DNA from: an uncultured Clostridia bacterium
Lineage (GTDB): Bacteria; Bacillota; Clostridia; Monoglobales; Monoglobaceae
Assembly (NCBI GenBank): GCA_910580105.1
Contig: CAJTWN010000019.1
Coordinates: 1-26,211, forward strand
Reading direction: 5' to 3'
DNA length: 26,211 nucleotides
Positions 1 through 8,650 of this stretch are shown in pieces. Position 1 is the stretch's first letter, and each line of letters opens with the position of its first letter. The notes under the pieces are model-generated. The model worked only from the letters and a program-made list of their open reading frames with translations. It ran no database searches and was not told where the DNA came from. Made by a program: the position numbers and the translations under genes.

Positions 1-62
1 GTATATAGAAATATTTGAATCAAGGCATGCCAGATTAAATTTTGATACTGAGAGATCATATG

Positions 63-107
63 AATCAAAAACACACACTGCGTAAAAGCTTGTGTGTGTT
101 TTTGATT
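63..107. terminator. Bidirectional hairpin terminator downstream of the GH38 gene
   Basis: Perfect 16-bp stem, aatcaaaaacacacac (63-78) pairing with gtgtgtgtttttgatt (92-107), 13-nt loop. U-rich tracts follow the GC/AC core on both strands. Confidence 0.5.
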
Positions 108-132
108 TTACATTATAGGTACAGTTTAAAAA

Positions 133-2994
133 TTATGCCTGCAGTTCAATGGTATAAATCTTTTTGGGGGCAATCTCCACATTGATCCAGCCGTCTTTAT
201 CAATTTTCAAATCTTCCTGGGGAATTTCTTCCAAAGTAACCAGTCGTGCAGACTGCCATTTGGATCCATCGCCTTTGGGCAGTTCATAATCTGCCATCTG
301 CCGGTCAATCAATGATTGCTCTGCCGGAACCGGCGCCAGCCCGCCATTGACCCGAACCGCTGTTTTTACCGTCTTTGTTGCCGGATTGAAGAGGCGGACA
401 ATATATCCTTCACCGCTTTCGCTGCGCTTTACACCGCTGACATGAAGGCCGGTGTCTTTTAATTCAATAAAGGATTTCTCCAACGGATTTTTTCCGCAGT
501 GGGTCGGTTCTATCTGTGCAGCAGCAATTTCCATATTAAACTGCTCTGCCGCCTGCCAGATACCGGCATCTTCCCAATCACCCTTATGCGGCATAAACGC
601 ATAGCGGAAACTGTGCTTACCAAGGGACTGGGAACCATTTTCAATTCTGGAATAGTTCTGTTCCTCCGGCGTAACATAAATTCTGAGCTGATAGCATCTG
701 AGCAAAGAAAGATACAGCGTATTTTGTGCATCGTCATCTGCTTCATATCCCTTCAGACCGGTGTTCAAAAGGGCAACGCCATTTTTGCCGTCGCTCAGAT
801 CGATGAAGGAATTCATCGGCTGTTCGGTCATCGGGATTTCGTCATATAGAGAATAGTCCAGCTTCTCAACTTGGCGCATTACAACGTCAAATTGCCCCTG
901 TGCGGCAACTTTTTCCGCATTGATTTGGGTTGGAAAAGCAACCTGCAAATAGTGATTCTCCACCTGATTATCAATGTTGGTGTTAAACGCAACCCAGCGT
1001 TCACCTTTGCGCAGGGTAACAAACGTCTCAATTTTATATGGCGCAAGCCGTGTGCTTCTGGATTTTTGATCCGGGTTCAGGTCTTCCGGGATTGCCCAGT
1101 TGAGGACAATGCGGTAGGTTGTTTCCAATTCACCGGTACGGACCAGGCTGACCATCGCATTTTCGCAAAGGGTGGTATAGGTTTCGTTTGTTTCGGGTGC
1201 CTTATGCTCCCAGGGGCTTCCGTTTTCTCCGGTATCTTTGAAATAACCGAGATTGTCATAGGTGCGTTTTGTTTCTTTGTCATAAACTTTAAGGGTACCA
1301 TTGGGATTGATGGTCACCACCAGATATTCATTTTCCATGGTCTGGGCCGCTGTAAGCATTGTTTTGGGCTGCGGCGCACGGGTGTTGTACAGCGGTGTTA
1401 CCTTCAGGGTTTTATAGCCCATAGAAGGAATATCCTTAACAAAAACACGGATGCTGTTCCGGCTTACAGGAAGGACATCTACGGCATCTGCCGGATCCTG
1501 CACAATCTGGTACATAGGATTGATGGTCGAGCAGTTTTGTACTGCACAAACCTCTCCTTTTTCATCACAGATGGCAAAACTGTCACACTTCCAATCCAGC
1601 GGAATTTCAAGTTCCAGCTGAACAACCTGACTTCTTTTAAAAGGCACCGGATTGTAGAGAACAAGCGCCATATCATTTTTATCCCATGCAGAGAGATCAA
1701 TATCTCCGGCAACATCCATCATCGCCCGTTCCAGTACACAGGTAGCAATTTCGCGGGACTGACGGAAACGATAATCCACATCCTCATAAACTACATCCCG
1801 ACCGCAGGCCCCAATGGAGTCATGACCATGGTTCTGCAGAAGATAATTATAGGAAAGGTCAAGGAATTCCTGGGGATACTTGGCGCCCAGGAAAGACGCA
1901 AATACACTCACTGGTTCTGCATAATAGGTGAGCAGCCGTTCTGTGTTGAAATTGTCCTGTTTTACCTTAGTTCTTGCGGAGAGAATCCATCCGAAGATTG
2001 CACTGACACTGCCCTTGGTATAAGGATAGCGCATTTCGCCCTTAAGTACCGGGGATTTGGGGTCAAAGTCCTTGATAACGCTCTGTTCAAAGTCATAGAT
2101 TGAACTGTGAAAAACATCTGCATCGTCAAAAACCTTATCACAATCTGCAATCATCTTTGCTTCCCGCATATCGGGAATAGATGAATCATGGCCGTTGGAC
2201 CAGAAACGGTGCGGCGTTGTCCATTCGCCGTCCTGTTCTGCCATGGCCTGTTTTGCCTTTTCGTCAATGAATTCCCCGTGATATTCATATTTCCGGTGGG
2301 TATACTGATACTCGTATTCACATCTTGCCGGATCTGCAAAACGGAAGATTCCATCGCCGTTGTTCCAGGCTACACGCCGGTTATCGCCGTCTTCCTTTCC
2401 ATAAAAGACGGGACGCTGCAAAATATACCATACATTATAGCGGGGCCGCTGACCAAGACGGGAAGCATAAATCCGCGTACCGTCCGCACCTTCCCAATAA
2501 AACTCTGAATGCGGCGCCATATATGTATTCAAGCCACGGTAGAAAGACGAAAAATGGATGTCAAATCCACTGTATAGCTGTGGTATCTGGGAAATTTGTC
2601 CCCAACCAAAGGGAGAATATCCCGTCTTGCTGACCTTGCCGAATTCCTTTGCAATCCGGTGACCCAGCAAAAGATTCCGCACCAGAGATTCGCCGCCGAC
2701 GCAGAATTCATCCGGCAGGCAAAACCATGGCCCGATTGCAAGCTTCCCCTCCTGCACGTATTTTTTGATAATTTCCTTTTTCTCCGGACGGATTTCAAGG
2801 TAATCCTGGATGGGAAGCGTCTGAGAATCCAGGTGGAAGTGTTTAAAATTTGGTTCCCGTTCAAAGATTTCCAGAAGCATATCCATCATATACACCAGCA
2901 TATGCCGGGTGCGCTGTGCGGAAAACTTCCATTCCCGGTCCCAATGGGTGTTGGATATAAAGTGACACTGTGTTTTTTTCTTATTTTCTGCCAT
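133..2994 (-). CDS. Glycoside hydrolase family 38 alpha-mannosidase (cytoplasmic, no signal peptide)
   Basis: 953-aa ORF. The N-terminal HFISNTHWDREW matches the GH38 catalytic-domain signature (compare MngB VPHTHWDREW). Size is typical of bacterial GH38. Stop-to-start gap to the upstream HAD gene is 3 nt. Confidence 0.9.
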   Translation of the reverse strand: MAENKKKTQCHFISNTHWDREWKFSAQRTRHMLVYMMDMLLEIFEREPNFKHFHLDSQTLPIQDYLEIRPEKKEIIKKYVQEGKLAIGPWFCLPDEFCVGGESLVRNLLLGHRIAKEFGKVSKTGYSPFGWGQISQIPQLYSGFDIHFSSFYRGLNTYMAPHSEFYWEGADGTRIYASRLGQRPRYNVWYILQRPVFYGKEDGDNRRVAWNNGDGIFRFADPARCEYEYQYTHRKYEYHGEFIDEKAKQAMAEQDGEWTTPHRFWSNGHDSSIPDMREAKMIADCDKVFDDADVFHSSIYDFEQSVIKDFDPKSPVLKGEMRYPYTKGSVSAIFGWILSARTKVKQDNFNTERLLTYYAEPVSVFASFLGAKYPQEFLDLSYNYLLQNHGHDSIGACGRDVVYEDVDYRFRQSREIATCVLERAMMDVAGDIDLSAWDKNDMALVLYNPVPFKRSQVVQLELEIPLDWKCDSFAICDEKGEVCAVQNCSTINPMYQIVQDPADAVDVLPVSRNSIRVFVKDIPSMGYKTLKVTPLYNTRAPQPKTMLTAAQTMENEYLVVTINPNGTLKVYDKETKRTYDNLGYFKDTGENGSPWEHKAPETNETYTTLCENAMVSLVRTGELETTYRIVLNWAIPEDLNPDQKSRSTRLAPYKIETFVTLRKGERWVAFNTNIDNQVENHYLQVAFPTQINAEKVAAQGQFDVVMRQVEKLDYSLYDEIPMTEQPMNSFIDLSDGKNGVALLNTGLKGYEADDDAQNTLYLSLLRCYQLRIYVTPEEQNYSRIENGSQSLGKHSFRYAFMPHKGDWEDAGIWQAAEQFNMEIAAAQIEPTHCGKNPLEKSFIELKDTGLHVSGVKRSESGEGYIVRLFNPATKTVKTAVRVNGGLAPVPAEQSLIDRQMADYELPKGDGSKWQSARLVTLEEIPQEDLKIDKDGWINVEIAPKKIYTIELQA

Positions 2995-2997
2995 TTA

Positions 2998-3990
2998 TTA
3001 CCCCTCCTTTATAATTTTCAGAATATCTTCCAACGTATTACAATAGTGCTGGCACATGGGCATGGTGCCGCTGCTTTCTATGTTGCCGCCTGCAAGACCG
3101 ATGGTCGGATAACCGGCAATACGCCCCGAGCAGACACCAGCGCCGCTGTCTTCGATACAGATGACATGATTCCGCTCTTCAAAACCAATTCCAAGACCCA
3201 CCGCACAGGTTTCGGCATAAAGCCATGGATGGGGCTTGGGCGACAATTCGCCAAGGGTGCCGACAGAGCCTTTTCTGAGCGGAAAACCGGCAGAAATGAT
3301 GGCGTCATAAAAATCTTTGGGATCACCCATCTTAAGAGTTTTGAATGCAGACAGGATTTCCGGCCAGGCCTTCTCATACAAGCCGGAGGTCACCAGGCCA
3401 ATCTTGATGCCCATCTCTTTTAACGCAAACAAAAAGTCCTTAAGCCCAGGGGTGGGCACAAACGCATTTTCTCTGCCCCGGCCCTCCATAATTTCTTTCA
3501 TTTCCCGATTAACATGTTCAAAATAGAAGTTTCTTGCATCCTCTAAAGACGCCTCCGGACAATACTTTTTGATACAATATTTCAAATGTTCGGACACACT
3601 ATGACCGGAGACGAAAGGAATGTCCTCCTGTTCCAGCTGGAATTTCGGGTTCTTCAGCAGACTGGCTGTGGTTTGTTCAATTATCCAAATCCAAAACTCC
3701 TCACTGCGTACGCTTGTTCCGTCCAAATCCATCAAAACTGCTTTTACCGGCCTTTCGATCTGGGCAGGATGAACCGGATAATAAGCCGGATAGCCCAATG
3801 CAGATTTCACATAGGCAAGGGTATGGGTACCAAAGTCCACAAACTCAACCTTTTTGTCTCCTGTTGTTACAATCGCCTGTACCCCCTGCTGTCCGGACTG
3901 AAATCTTCCGTCCGATGTTCTCTCAATTTTTGAAAAACCTGCGTCACCGGAAATATCCCCGATGCCAGGTAAGTTTAATAAGCTGCTCAT
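2998..3990 (-). CDS. HAD-superfamily (subfamily IA, beta-phosphoglucomutase-like) hydrolase with a ~90-aa N-terminal extension
   Basis: 330-aa ORF with HAD motif I LMDLDGTSV, motif II LVTSG and motif IV-like IEDSGAGV. A GGGAGG RBS lies 6 nt upstream of the ATG. Confidence 0.8.
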   Translation of the reverse strand: MSSLLNLPGIGDISGDAGFSKIERTSDGRFQSGQQGVQAIVTTGDKKVEFVDFGTHTLAYVKSALGYPAYYPVHPAQIERPVKAVLMDLDGTSVRSEEFWIWIIEQTTASLLKNPKFQLEQEDIPFVSGHSVSEHLKYCIKKYCPEASLEDARNFYFEHVNREMKEIMEGRGRENAFVPTPGLKDFLFALKEMGIKIGLVTSGLYEKAWPEILSAFKTLKMGDPKDFYDAIISAGFPLRKGSVGTLGELSPKPHPWLYAETCAVGLGIGFEERNHVICIEDSGAGVCSGRIAGYPTIGLAGGNIESSGTMPMCQHYCNTLEDILKIIKEG

Positions 3991-4031
3991 TTATTTCCTC
4001 CCATGTATGTACTTGATAAAATTTCCTTATA

Positions 4032-4059
4032 ATCATATCATATTCCCAGAATATTTCAA
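4032..4059 (-). promoter_or_regulatory. Candidate sigma-A promoter for the HAD-GH38 operon
   Basis: Minus strand reads TTGAAA (4059-4054), 16-nt spacer, TATGAT (4037-4032), about 40 nt upstream of the HAD start. Confidence 0.3.
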
Positions 4060-4085
4060 CAAAAAAAGGGTTGTTTGGGAAAGAA

Positions 4086-4117
4086 ACCAAAAAAAGTCCC
4101 CCCAAAAAGAGGAGACT
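4086..4117 (-). terminator. Rho-independent terminator after crcB
   Basis: Minus strand reads agtctcctc-ttttt-ggggggact (9-bp stem including two G-U pairs) followed by a 7-nt U run. Confidence 0.55.
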
Positions 4118-4253
4118 TTTGTACAAGAGAAAAAGTTTGTCCTACGATAACCCGAAATGGCGCACCGTCCGGAAAAAAGTGTTCTGTCAAAATAAGCCGT
4201 TCATTTTTTTGAACAGGACGATAAAAGATATAAAAAAGAAGACGCATTTTTAT

Positions 4254-4619
4254 TCAGGCAAAGGTTTTCGCCATGATACATCCAAGCCATACTCCTGCCA
4301 GGCAGAGAAAAACACTTCCGGCGGCATAGAGTACGCCAATTGTTGCTTTCCCCTGCTGAAAGAGAGAAAAAGTTTCCAAAGAAAATGTTGAAAAGGTGGT
4401 AAAACCACCACAGAAGCCAGTCTTTAAAAACAGCGATACATTATCAGGCCAGCCCTGTTTTTCAGCGATTCCGCTCAGCAAACCAATCAAAAATGCCCCT
4501 GTGAAATTAATGATCAGGGTTATGGCAGGAAATACTGTGTTCACAGGCAGCAGTCCCAAAACATATCTTGCCACGGCGCCAATACATCCGCCGGCACCTA
4601 CCCAAAGCGCCGCCGTCAC
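4254..4619 (-). CDS. crcB: Fluoride ion channel CrcB/FluC
   Basis: 121-aa, four-helix hydrophobic protein with CrcB signatures GGCIGAVARY and GFCGGFTTFSTFS. The GTG start overlaps the upstream stop (GTGA). Confidence 0.9.
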   Translation of the reverse strand: MTAALWVGAGGCIGAVARYVLGLLPVNTVFPAITLIINFTGAFLIGLLSGIAEKQGWPDNVSLFLKTGFCGGFTTFSTFSLETFSLFQQGKATIGVLYAAGSVFLCLAGVWLGCIMAKTFA

Positions 4620-5095
4620 GCCTGCTGCACCTCTTTGGTATCAAATGGATGTTCATTGATATATTGTTCCATAATTTCTGTGGCACAGCCCACCAGCTCT
4701 ACACAGGGACGTTTTTTATAATACCCTTCTGTGCGCGGGGCCGGTGTCGGGTCGTCCGGGCCGTTTTTCTGAAGGCCCAGCAAATCCCGGCAGATGATAG
4801 AGGGGTTGCTCTTTAAAAATTCCGCTGCCAGTTCCTGAATCCGCGCATAATGTTCTTTTTTTCCGGCACTGTCTTTGGGTGAATCATAGCCGTAAAGCAG
4901 TCCTGCCACCATAAACATGCCGGAAACCGTGCCGCAAACCTCACGGAGACGCCCCATGCCGCCGCCAAAGGAAGCGGAAATACGCATCGCTGTCTCTATA
5001 TCTAAACCACAGAGGTCGCAAAATGCGCCCACAACTGCCTGCGAACAGTTGTATCCCTCTTTGAATAATGCCATCGCATGTTCTTTTCTTGTCAT
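4616..5095 (-). CDS. C_GCAxxG_C_C family (putative redox-active) protein
   Basis: ORF with an N-terminal GYNCSQAV motif, a central VCGTVSG motif and a C-terminal CVELVGC cysteine pair. There are two adjacent ATGs (5098 and 5095). The AAGGAGG RBS spacing favours 5095. Confidence 0.6.
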   Translation of the reverse strand: MTRKEHAMALFKEGYNCSQAVVGAFCDLCGLDIETAMRISASFGGGMGRLREVCGTVSGMFMVAGLLYGYDSPKDSAGKKEHYARIQELAAEFLKSNPSIICRDLLGLQKNGPDDPTPAPRTEGYYKKRPCVELVGCATEIMEQYINEHPFDTKEVQQA

Positions 5096-5165
5096 CATGT
5101 CCTCCTTACAGTTTCACTGATTTACTTCTCTTTTTCATTGGAAAGGAAGCCGAATTTCATCTTTT

Positions 5166-5193
5166 ATTATAGCAAAGGCTGAAAAAAATGCAA
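5166..5193 (-). promoter_or_regulatory. Candidate sigma-A promoter for the C_GCAxxG_C_C-crcB operon
   Basis: Minus strand reads TTGCAT (5193-5188), 16-nt spacer, TATAAT (5171-5166). Confidence 0.4.
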
Positions 5194-5350
5194 CCATCTT
5201 TTCGCTTTTTCAACAAACAAGAAAAAGATTCAGCATAAATCTGATGATTTGAAAGGGAAATGTAATATCCATTACCAATTTTTATGGTATACTATGATGT
5301 GGTAGAGTAGCTCTATTTTTAGCAAATAGAGAGAAAAAGGAGAAAATTCA

Positions 5351-8110
5351 ATGGCGCAAACAAAAAAGAGCGGGACCGCAGCGAAAAAAAGAGGCCGTGC
5401 CCAGACGGCAAAAAAACCGCCTGCCAAAACAAATAAACGGACGACACCACAAAAATCGGCAGAAGAAATACAACAGCTGCGACGGCTGCGCAATGAAATC
5501 AAAGGAATCGTTTTAATCGCATTGGGATTGTTTTTGGGATTTGTCTTTTTGTTTCCGGACAGTACCGGCAGTGTGGGACATTTCTTAAAGGACTTGTTCT
5601 TCGGCCTGTTCGGCTGGATATGTACAATCACCTTTCTCTGCGTCATCCTGATGGGCGTCAATGTTTTAATGAACAAAGACGGCGGAAGCTGGAAAAAAAT
5701 CTGCCTGCTTTTGGGTTTGGTTATGCTGACTTCCGTGATTCTCAGCCTGTTTTCCGGAGACCGGACCTTTGACGATCCGGGTTTTGTGGGAAATATCAAA
5801 CAGATGTATGATTTGGGGACTTCCGGTCATGGCGGCGGCGTCATCGGCGGCGGATTGTGCCGAATTCTTGTGACCGCGATTGGAACGGCAGGTGCATGGG
5901 TTTTGGCTGTTGCGCTGGAGCTGATTCTTATTATTTTGCTGACAGGCGTATCGGTAATCGGACTTGTCCGGCAGTTTGCAGGATATGTACAGGAACGGGC
6001 ACAGATTTCCAGAGAAAGCCGGGAAGAACGAAAAGAAATTGAACGCAAACCTGAACCGGAACCAAAGAGGCCGCGTACAAAAGAGGGAACTGCAAAGAAA
6101 TCAGAGAAAAAGCCAAAAGCATCTGCCTTCTTTGATCAATATTTCACCGGCGAAAAGATAATTGATGATTCGCCAAAGGCAGAGCCGGAAGAAAACGACG
6201 GCAGTATAAAAGAACAATCTGCCTGGGAGGATATGCCCAAACGGTTCACTTTCGAAGAAGATGACCAACTGCTGAAAGATTTATTCCCGGAAGAAGAGAC
6301 AAAACAAATTTTTGACGAAGACCTGCCTTTTGAAATCGACAATATGAAGACCGGGGTACTCACCGCACTTCCGGATGAAAATGGTGAATATAAAAAGCCG
6401 GTGGAAAATGAAGAGGGGACGGACTATGAGCCCCCCAGCCAGGCGAAGCTTGAGGATGTGCTGGATCCTCTGACCAAAAAGGCACTGAAAACCGGCGCCG
6501 CTATGGACGAAGCCGTGGTGCGCGGACGGCATATGGCCACAGAGGAAACACAGACACCCGAAGAACAGATACAGAACCAGATTGAAGAAGACCGGTCGTT
6601 GCTGCCGAGAGTGATTCAGTATCATATGCCCACAACAGACCTGCTGGAAAAACCACAGGCAAAAAATAAAACCAAAGCAGAAGTTAAGCGTGAACTGGAG
6701 GAAAAAGCCAACCGCCTTCTTGCAACACTCAGCAGTTTTAAAGTAGACGCCAATATCATTAACATTACCCAGGGTCCTTCGGTCACACGGTTTGAACTAC
6801 AGCCCGGTTTCGGCGTGAAGGTTTCGAAAATTACCGGTCTTGCAGATGATATTGCACTCAGCCTTGCGGCTCCGGGTGTGCGGATTGAAGCGCCCATTCC
6901 CGGTAAATCCGCCATCGGTATTGAGATACCAAATGCCCATCCCAACCCGGTACATATCCGCGAAGTCATTGACAGTGATAAATTCAGAAACTTCAAATCT
7001 AAAACAGCATTTGCATTGGGAAAGGACATCAGCGGCAACAATGTCGTAGCAGACATTGCAAACTTCCCCCATGTTTTGATTGCCGGCGCGACCGGATCAG
7101 GAAAGAGTGTCTGTATCAATTCACTGATTACCAGTATTTTATTCAAAGCAAAACCGGACGAAGTCAAAATGATAATGGTTGACCCCAAAATGGTAGAACT
7201 TGGCGTCTATAATGGAATTCCCCATCTGCTGATTCCGGTGGTCACCGATCCGAAACATGCCGCCGGTGCCCTCAACTGGGCGGTGGGCGAAATGAAAAAC
7301 CGGTATAATCTGCTGAAAGACAACAAGGTAAGAAATTTAAAGGGCTATAATCAATTGATGGAGGAAAACGGAGAACCGGAAGCAAAACTGCCCGAAATTG
7401 TCATCATTATTGACGAGCTTGCCGATTTGATGATGGCAGCAAAAAATGAAGTGGAAGATGCCATCAACAGCCTTGCCGCCCTTGCCCGCGCGGCCGGAAT
7501 GTATCTGGTTATCGCAACCCAGCGTCCGTCTGTCAATGTCATTACCGGTGTTATCAAGGCCAATGTTCCATCGCGTATATCCTTTGCAGTATCTTCCCAG
7601 GTGGACAGCCGCACCATCATTGACTCTCCCGGCGCCGAAAAGCTTTTGGGAAAAGGTGATATGCTCTACAGCCCACGGGGAGAAATTAAACCATTGCGTG
7701 TACAGGGGAATTTTGTGTCCGATCATGAAATTGAAGACATAATTACGTTTATAAAAAGCCAATATGAGGCAGAATATGATGAAAGCATCATTGAAAATAT
7801 TGAAAAGGAACATGAACGCGTAGCGGCAGACCTGGACAGCAGCGGCACAGAAACAGCTGCGGCGGGAGAATCAGCCGGACAGGACCACAAGGATGCCCTT
7901 TTCTATGATGCAGTTGAAATGGTATTGGAAAGCGGCCAGGCTTCGGTGGCAATGTTCCAGCGGAAATTCAAAATCGGCTATCAGCGGGCTGCAAGATTAA
8001 TCGACCAGATGGAAGAACGCCGGATTATCGGCCCATATGAAGGGACAAAGCCGCGCCAGGTCTTGATTACACGCCAGGAATTCAATGAAATGCGTTTTCA
8101 TAATGAGTAA
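5351..8110 (+). CDS. ftsK: DNA translocase FtsK/SpoIIIE
   Basis: 919 aa. It has N-terminal TM helices, a charged linker, a motor domain with Walker A GATGSGKS and Walker B IIIDELADL, and a C-terminal gamma winged-helix (FQRKFKIGYQRAARLIDQMEERRIIGP). AAGGAG RBS. Confidence 0.92.
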   Translation: MAQTKKSGTAAKKRGRAQTAKKPPAKTNKRTTPQKSAEEIQQLRRLRNEIKGIVLIALGLFLGFVFLFPDSTGSVGHFLKDLFFGLFGWICTITFLCVILMGVNVLMNKDGGSWKKICLLLGLVMLTSVILSLFSGDRTFDDPGFVGNIKQMYDLGTSGHGGGVIGGGLCRILVTAIGTAGAWVLAVALELILIILLTGVSVIGLVRQFAGYVQERAQISRESREERKEIERKPEPEPKRPRTKEGTAKKSEKKPKASAFFDQYFTGEKIIDDSPKAEPEENDGSIKEQSAWEDMPKRFTFEEDDQLLKDLFPEEETKQIFDEDLPFEIDNMKTGVLTALPDENGEYKKPVENEEGTDYEPPSQAKLEDVLDPLTKKALKTGAAMDEAVVRGRHMATEETQTPEEQIQNQIEEDRSLLPRVIQYHMPTTDLLEKPQAKNKTKAEVKRELEEKANRLLATLSSFKVDANIINITQGPSVTRFELQPGFGVKVSKITGLADDIALSLAAPGVRIEAPIPGKSAIGIEIPNAHPNPVHIREVIDSDKFRNFKSKTAFALGKDISGNNVVADIANFPHVLIAGATGSGKSVCINSLITSILFKAKPDEVKMIMVDPKMVELGVYNGIPHLLIPVVTDPKHAAGALNWAVGEMKNRYNLLKDNKVRNLKGYNQLMEENGEPEAKLPEIVIIIDELADLMMAAKNEVEDAINSLAALARAAGMYLVIATQRPSVNVITGVIKANVPSRISFAVSSQVDSRTIIDSPGAEKLLGKGDMLYSPRGEIKPLRVQGNFVSDHEIEDIITFIKSQYEAEYDESIIENIEKEHERVAADLDSSGTETAAAGESAGQDHKDALFYDAVEMVLESGQASVAMFQRKFKIGYQRAARLIDQMEERRIIGPYEGTKPRQVLITRQEFNEMRFHNE

Positions 8111-8313
8111 TTTTGTTATTTATTTTGCACAATCCGTATCGAAAAAATAGAATTTTCAACGGTTTTTTCTCCGGAAATTTGTGCATTTATACAAAAATTG
8201 GTTTTTGAGTAATTTTTAATAAAAAACATATGGAAAAATTACAATTTTTGTAGTAATATGTTCATGTATTGGGAAAATAATATTATTAGATTTATAAAAG
8301 GAGATTTAAAAAA

Positions 8314-8589
8314 ATGAACAAACAGGAATTGATCTCAGCAATGGCTGAAAAGGCGAATCTTTCAAAGAAAGATGCAGAAGCAGCACTCGCAGCTTTCGTA
8401 TCTGCTGTTGAAGATACTTTGAAAGACGGCGACAAGGTGCAGTTGGTTGGTTTTGGCAGCTTTGAAGTAAGAGAAAGAGCTGCAAGAACCGGCAGAAATC
8501 CGCAGACAGGTGCTGAAATGAAGATCGCTGCTGCAAAAGTTCCCACTTTTAAAGCTGGCAAAGCGTTCAAAGATCTGATGAATAAATAA
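8314..8589 (+). CDS. hup: Nucleoid-associated DNA-binding protein HU
   Basis: 91 aa. MNKQELI...[28 protein letters not shown]...FKAGK is a near-canonical HU/IHF fold sequence. AAGGAG RBS. Confidence 0.92.
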   Translation: MNKQELISAMAEKANLSKKDAEAALAAFVSAVEDTLKDGDKVQLVGFGSFEVRERAARTGRNPQTGAEMKIAAAKVPTFKAGKAFKDLMNK

Positions 8590-8603
8590 ATTGGGGTTAT
8601 AAA

Positions 8604-8636
8604 AGACCGGGAACAATGTTCCCGGTCTTTTTTTTT
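8604..8636. terminator. Rho-independent terminator between convergent hup and the GGDEF gene
   Basis: agaccgggaac-aat-gttcccggtct (11-bp stem) followed by T8. A-rich on the 5' side, so it may act on both strands. Confidence 0.7.
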
Positions 8637-8650
8637 ACAAAAATAAGCGT

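Noticed and set aside
871-2103. Long antisense ORFs inside large genes, e.g. 871-2103 (+) in GH38, 2596-3423 (+), 19564-20301 (-) in bglX, 23155-23988 (-) in gltX, 7337-7813 (-) in ftsK
   Set aside because: Each lies wholly within and opposite a gene with strong family signatures, has no RBS, and its translation is low-complexity or unrecognisable. These are typical shadow ORFs.
5096-5165. Possible fluoride (crcB-motif) riboswitch in the leader of the C_GCAxxG_C_C-crcB operon
   Set aside because: Read on the minus strand, the leader (aaagatgaaattcggcttcctttccaatgaaaaagagaagtaaatcagtgaaactgtaaggagg) has a GATG, but it lacks the flanking GG...CC P1 helix and the conserved 3' CUGAUGA(n)CCU segment. 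This was judged by eye only; a covariance-model scan would be decisive.
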